Of a DNA stretch of 10,780 nt, positions 7,483 to 10,780 are shown in pieces; position 1 is the stretch's first letter, and each line of letters begins with the position of its first letter. Origin of the DNA: an uncultured delta proteobacterium. GTDB taxonomy: Bacteria; Myxococcota; Myxococcia; Myxococcales; Anaeromyxobacteraceae. Both the position numbers and the translations under genes were made by a program. The stretch is taken from positions 1-10,780 of the forward strand of contig CAWHDZ010000036.1 of the NCBI GenBank assembly GCA_963828255.1, written 5' to 3'. A model generated the notes under the pieces. That model ran no database searches and was not told the DNA's origin. It saw nothing but the letters and a program-made list of their open reading frames with translations.

Positions 7483-8660
7483 TCATGCGCCGAGTCCTCG
7501 TCGTCGCGCTTTCGCTCGCAGCCGCGCCCCTGGCCCTGGCCGCCGACTTCCTCTCCGCCGAGACCCTCGAGGTCGTGAAGGTGGCCGGACCGCTGGTCCC
7601 CGACCCGGCCGCGCCCTTCTGGGACTCCGCCCCGGTGGCCACCATCCTGGCCGGTCCGCAGCACACCATCCGTCTCCACGATCGTCAGGCCAACGATGCG
7701 GTGGACAGGGCGACGGCCCGCACCATTCGCGTCCGCGCCGCCACCGACGGCAAGGAACTGGCCGTGCACCTCGAGTGGGCCGACCCCACCGAGAACCGGA
7801 CCACGCTCGAGGCGGTGGACGCCTACGGCGACGCCGCGGCTCTCCAGTTTCCCCGGACCTTCGGCGCCGGGACCCGGCTCCCCTACGTGGGGATGGGGGA
7901 CGAGGAGCAGGAGGTCCTCCTCTACCTCCAGCGCGCCGGCGAGGAGGGGGCAATCGCTCGGCAGGCAGTGGCCCGCGGCTTCGGCTCGTCGTCCCGCGCC
8001 GACCTGGGAGGCCTGCGGGTCGGCATGCGCTACGACGTCGCTCGAAGGACCTGGCGCGCCGTGTTCCTGCGGCCGGTCTCCGCAGCGGGGCACGACCTCG
8101 GCCGGGCGCTCGTGCCCTTCTCGGTCGCGGTCTGGGACGGCGCGGGCAAGGAACGGGGCGGCAACAAGGTGCTCGCCGGCTGGAAGTTCCTGCGCATGCC
8201 CGGAGTGGCTGCCGACCCCGCCTACCAGGCCGAGCTCTCCTGGGGACACCGTCCCGGCGACCTCGGCGATCCGCGCAAGGGTCGGGAGCTCTTCGAGGGC
8301 ATGTGCACCGCCTGTCACGGCGTGGGGGCGGAGAAGGCGGTTCCCGGCCTGGCGCCGGAACTCACCGGGATCGGGGTCGTCGCCACCCCCCGGTACCTGC
8401 GCGACTCGATCCTCTCCCCGACGTCGGTCATCGTCCCGAACCCCAACCTGGCCCAGCGCCAGGACCGTTCGGCGAAGCCCGATTCCCGCGGGGCCTATCC
8501 GTCCGACGAGGCCTACACCTGGTACACGCGAACCGCCGACGGGAAGAAGGTCTCCACCATGCCGGACTATGCCTCGATGGAGCCCGGAGACCTGGGGGCC
8601 ATCGTCGCGTACCTCGTCACGCTGGGACGTGAATCGCCCCAGGAAGGGAAGAAGCCATGA
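7479..8660 (+). CDS. Gamma subunit: EbdC/SerC/DdhC-like DOMON-type heme b domain fused to a C-terminal monoheme cytochrome c (393 aa)
   Basis: Start ATG 7479 (ATGA overlap; alternative 7485). Signal peptide MIMRRVLVVALSLAAAPLALA; LEWADPT, DAAALQFP, PYVGMG (Met 7893-7895), AVWDGAGKERGGNK (Lys 8166-8168); then GRELFEGMCTACH (CxxCH 8304-8318), YLRDSILSP and STMPDY. Confidence 0.87.
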   Translation: MIMRRVLVVALSLAAAPLALAADFLSAETLEVVKVAGPLVPDPAAPFWDSAPVATILAGPQHTIRLHDRQANDAVDRATARTIRVRAATDGKELAVHLEWADPTENRTTLEAVDAYGDAAALQFPRTFGAGTRLPYVGMGDEEQEVLLYLQRAGEEGAIARQAVARGFGSSSRADLGGLRVGMRYDVARRTWRAVFLRPVSAAGHDLGRALVPFSVAVWDGAGKERGGNKVLAGWKFLRMPGVAADPAYQAELSWGHRPGDLGDPRKGRELFEGMCTACHGVGAEKAVPGLAPELTGIGVVATPRYLRDSILSPTSVIVPNPNLAQRQDRSAKPDSRGAYPSDEAYTWYTRTADGKKVSTMPDYASMEPGDLGAIVAYLVTLGRESPQEGKKP

Positions 8661-9055
8661 AGACCCTCGCCGCCGTGCTGGCCGCCGCGCTGGCGCTGCC
8701 CGCAGTCGCCGCCCCTCCAGGAGAGGAGGTGGAGGTCACGGCCGGTGTGGTCACCGGCCTCAAGTGCGCCCTCGATGCCCGGGCCAGCGGGGGGCTGAAG
8801 GCCCTCACCTCCTGCCCTCCCGCCGAGGCCGCCCGGGAGCTGGTGGTCTTCGACGTCGCGGAGAAGCGCATCTTCCGGATCGGGGAGAAGAAGGTCTTCC
8901 GCTACCAGCTGGAGAGCGCCTTCGGGGGCGGCAGCATCGACTTCGAGGGCAAGACCGTGAAGGTGGACGATGCGAACGACATCGCCACCGTCGAGGTCGC
9001 CCAGTTCTCGGTGACGAAGAAGCCCAAGGCAGGAGCCTTCAAGGGATGTCTCTGA
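8657..9055 (+). CDS. Exported hypothetical protein (132 aa), beta-rich, three Cys including a C-terminal KGCL
   Basis: ATGA overlap with the previous stop; signal peptide MKTLAAVLAAALALPAVA; GC3-rich coding-like codon usage; no family recognised. Confidence 0.8.
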   Translation: MKTLAAVLAAALALPAVAAPPGEEVEVTAGVVTGLKCALDARASGGLKALTSCPPAEAARELVVFDVAEKRIFRIGEKKVFRYQLESAFGGGSIDFEGKTVKVDDANDIATVEVAQFSVTKKPKAGAFKGCL

Positions 9056-9870
9056 TTCCCCGGGGCGACTCCGCCACCCCCGGGAACCGCGCGCCCTTCG
9101 CCCGCCACGTCGTCCTCTTCACGAGCGGCAAGGGCGGCGTGGGGAAGACGCTCGTGGCGGTGAACGTGGCGAGCGCGCTGGCGCAGCAGGGGCTCCGGGT
9201 CGGCCTGCTCGACGCCGACGTGCACGGTCCGAGCGTGCCGCGCATGCTCCAGCTCGCCGGGGAGCGCGTCCGCTGGAACGAGGCCGACAAGATGATCCCG
9301 GCCGAGAACTTCGGGCTGCGCGTCATGAGCGTGGGGCTGACCACGCCGGATGCCGACACGCCGCTGGGGTGGCGTTCGGCGGTGGCCACGAGCGCGCTCG
9401 TCCAGATGCTCGACGACGTCGAGTGGGGGCCGCTCGACGTGCTCGCGGTGGACCTGCCGCCCGGGACCGGCGACGTCCAGCTCACGCTGGCCCAGGAGCT
9501 GCGCATCTCCTCCGCCGTGGTGGTCACGACGCCCGCCGTGGTGGCCACCGACGACGTGCGCCGGGCGCTCCGGATGCTCCTCGAGATCGGCGTCCCGGTG
9601 GCCGGCGTGGTCGAGAACATGAGCGGTTTCATCGCCCCGGACACGGGCATCCGGTACCACCCGTTCGGCCAGGGCGGCGGCCGGATGCTGGCTCACGACT
9701 ACCGGGTGCCGTTCCTTGGCGAGATCCCGCTCGACCCACGCATCGGCGCCGCCGCCGACGCGGGCACGCCCATCGCCGCGGTCGGGGACGACGGCCAGCG
9801 GGCGATCTTCGAGCGACTGGCCGCCCGGATCTGGGGAGCTCTCGATCACACAGGAGGAGTGAAATCATGA
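9046..9870 (+). CDS. mrp: Mrp/ApbC/NBP35-family P-loop ATPase lacking the CxxC motif (274 aa)
   Basis: ATG 9046 with AGGAG at 9031-9035; deviant Walker A SGKGGVGKT, LLDADVHGPSVP, DLPPGTGD, VVTTP, GVVENMS, PFLGEIPLDP. Confidence 0.9.
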   Translation: MSLIPRGDSATPGNRAPFARHVVLFTSGKGGVGKTLVAVNVASALAQQGLRVGLLDADVHGPSVPRMLQLAGERVRWNEADKMIPAENFGLRVMSVGLTTPDADTPLGWRSAVATSALVQMLDDVEWGPLDVLAVDLPPGTGDVQLTLAQELRISSAVVVTTPAVVATDDVRRALRMLLEIGVPVAGVVENMSGFIAPDTGIRYHPFGQGGGRMLAHDYRVPFLGEIPLDPRIGAAADAGTPIAAVGDDGQRAIFERLAARIWGALDHTGGVKS

Positions 9871-10232
9871 AGACGAAGTCGATCCCCGCCATGGTCGCCG
9901 TGGCGGCCCTGCTCGCAGCCCCGGCCGTCCGTGCGGGAGAGGCTCCCGCGAAGACCCCAGAGCTCGTGGAGAAGGGCAGGCTGTCCTACGCGAAGAACTG
10001 CGTCGCCTGCCACGGCAAGGGCGGGCAGGGCGACGGCCCGGCCGCGAAGGCGCTCAAGCCGCCCCCGGAGAACCTCGTCACCCATCCCATGAAGGGGGGC
10101 GCCCCCGCGGTGTTCGCCGTGCTGGCGACCGGCATCAAGGGCACCGGCATGACCGCCTTCAAGCACCTCCCCGAGGGGGAGCGCTGGGCGCTCGCCTACT
10201 TCGTGGAAGGGCTCGCGGCGGCGAAGCGGTAA
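9867..10232 (+). CDS. Periplasmic class I monoheme cytochrome c (121 aa)
   Basis: AGGAGG at 9852-9857, ATGA overlap; signal peptide MKTKSIPAMVAVAALLAAPAVRA; CVACH (9999-10013), G.GDGPAA..LKPPP.NL, GTGM distal Met, ERWALAYFV terminal helix. Confidence 0.92.
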   Translation: MKTKSIPAMVAVAALLAAPAVRAGEAPAKTPELVEKGRLSYAKNCVACHGKGGQGDGPAAKALKPPPENLVTHPMKGGAPAVFAVLATGIKGTGMTAFKHLPEGERWALAYFVEGLAAAKR

Positions 10233-10255
10233 CGAGTCTCAGCCCCCGCCTCGCG

Positions 10256-10330
10256 TGACGCGATGTGCCAGGAATATCATGCGCTTCTCCGTAAAATCGC
10301 GTTGACGAGTCCATTTCGGGCGGACAAATA
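10256..10330 (+). promoter_or_regulatory. Putative promoter region of the sco unit; diverged copy of 48..122
   Basis: TGACGCGATGTGCCA, then TCATG...CCGTAAAATCGCG-TTGACG(10302-10307)-17 nt-CAAATA(10325-10330); aligns with the region upstream of arsR. The -10 match is poor. Confidence 0.5.
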
Positions 10331-10346
10331 GACGCGAGCCACCTCC

Positions 10347-10780
10347 ATGTCACCGCACCCGAAACGCGCGCTCGCACTCCTGGCGCTTGTCGCCGCCGTT
10401 CCCGCGGCTGGCCAGACCACCGACCTCCTCAAGCGCGAGGTGGCTGCCATCGGCGTGGTGGAGCGGCTCGGCGCGCCGGTCCCGCTCACCGGCGCCTTCA
10501 CCGATTCGGAGGGGCGGGACGTCAAGCTTGCAGACCGGGCGGGGCGCCCGCTGCTCCTCTCCTTCAACTACACGGCTTGCCCGCGCCTCTGCGGCCTGCA
10601 ACTCGGCGGGCTCGCCCGCGGCCTCAAGGAGGCCGCCTGGACCGGCGAGGGCTTCGACGTCGTCACCGTCAGCATCGACCCGGGCGAGAAGCGCGAGCAG
10701 ATGGCCCGCTACAAGGTGGCCATGGTCCGGGAGGCCGGAGGCGACGCCGGCGTGGCGCGGGCCTGGGGGTTCCTGCGCGG
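10347..10780 (+). CDS. SCO1/SenC-family copper chaperone, 3' end beyond the window
   Basis: Manually translated: MSPHPKRALALLALVAAVPAAG...GVVERLGAPVPL...FTDSEGRDVKL...LLSFNYTACPRLC (CxxxC 10578-10592)...VVTVSIDPGE...AWGFLR; frame open to the window end. Confidence 0.88.
   Translation, partial: MSPHPKRALALLALVAAVPAAGQTTDLLKREVAAIGVVERLGAPVPLTGAFTDSEGRDVKLADRAGRPLLLSFNYTACPRLCGLQLGGLARGLKEAAWTGEGFDVVTVSIDPGEKREQMARYKVAMVREAGGDAGVARAWGFLR

Noticed and set aside
9053..9055. Selenocysteine read-through at TGA stops
   Set aside because: Most TGAs fall at overlapped gene junctions and none sits at a catalytic Cys position; no convincing SECIS hairpin seen.
10233..10300. Intrinsic terminator after the cytochrome c gene; palindrome TCGCGT-G-ACGCGA (10251-10263); TAAAAT (10292-10297) as a -10 box
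   Set aside because: The dyad is short, has no U-tract and overlaps the repeated motif already reported; TAAAAT has no -35 at a suitable distance.
1..10780. CRISPR arrays, tRNA/rRNA genes, transposase or integrase genes
   Set aside because: No regularly spaced repeats, RNA gene signatures or recombinase motifs; the window is almost entirely protein-coding.

Overview
High-GC bacterial DNA carrying one tightly packed + strand operon (141..10232, 11 genes, five ATGA stop/start overlaps) and the start of a second unit (SCO/SenC gene, 10347..>10780). Gene order: ArsR-rhodanese fusion regulator; exported tandem rhodanese; YeeE/YedE-family sulfur-compound transporter; 46-aa membrane peptide; membrane-anchored rhodanese-fold protein; Tat-exported type II (Asp-ligated, NarG/SerA/PcrA/EbdA/DdhA-like) DMSO-reductase-family molybdoenzyme alpha subunit; Fe-S beta subunit; heme-b gamma subunit fused to a c-type cytochrome; exported hypothetical protein; Cys-less Mrp/ApbC ATPase; monoheme cytochrome c. 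The best candidate for an undescribed system is this coupling of a periplasmic molybdoenzyme with a divergent active site to sulfur-relay proteins, two of which end in the same KAG..GCL cysteine tail. A diverged ~62-bp promoter-like segment occurs both before the operon and before the sco gene. All functional calls come from motif recognition by eye; no searches were run.
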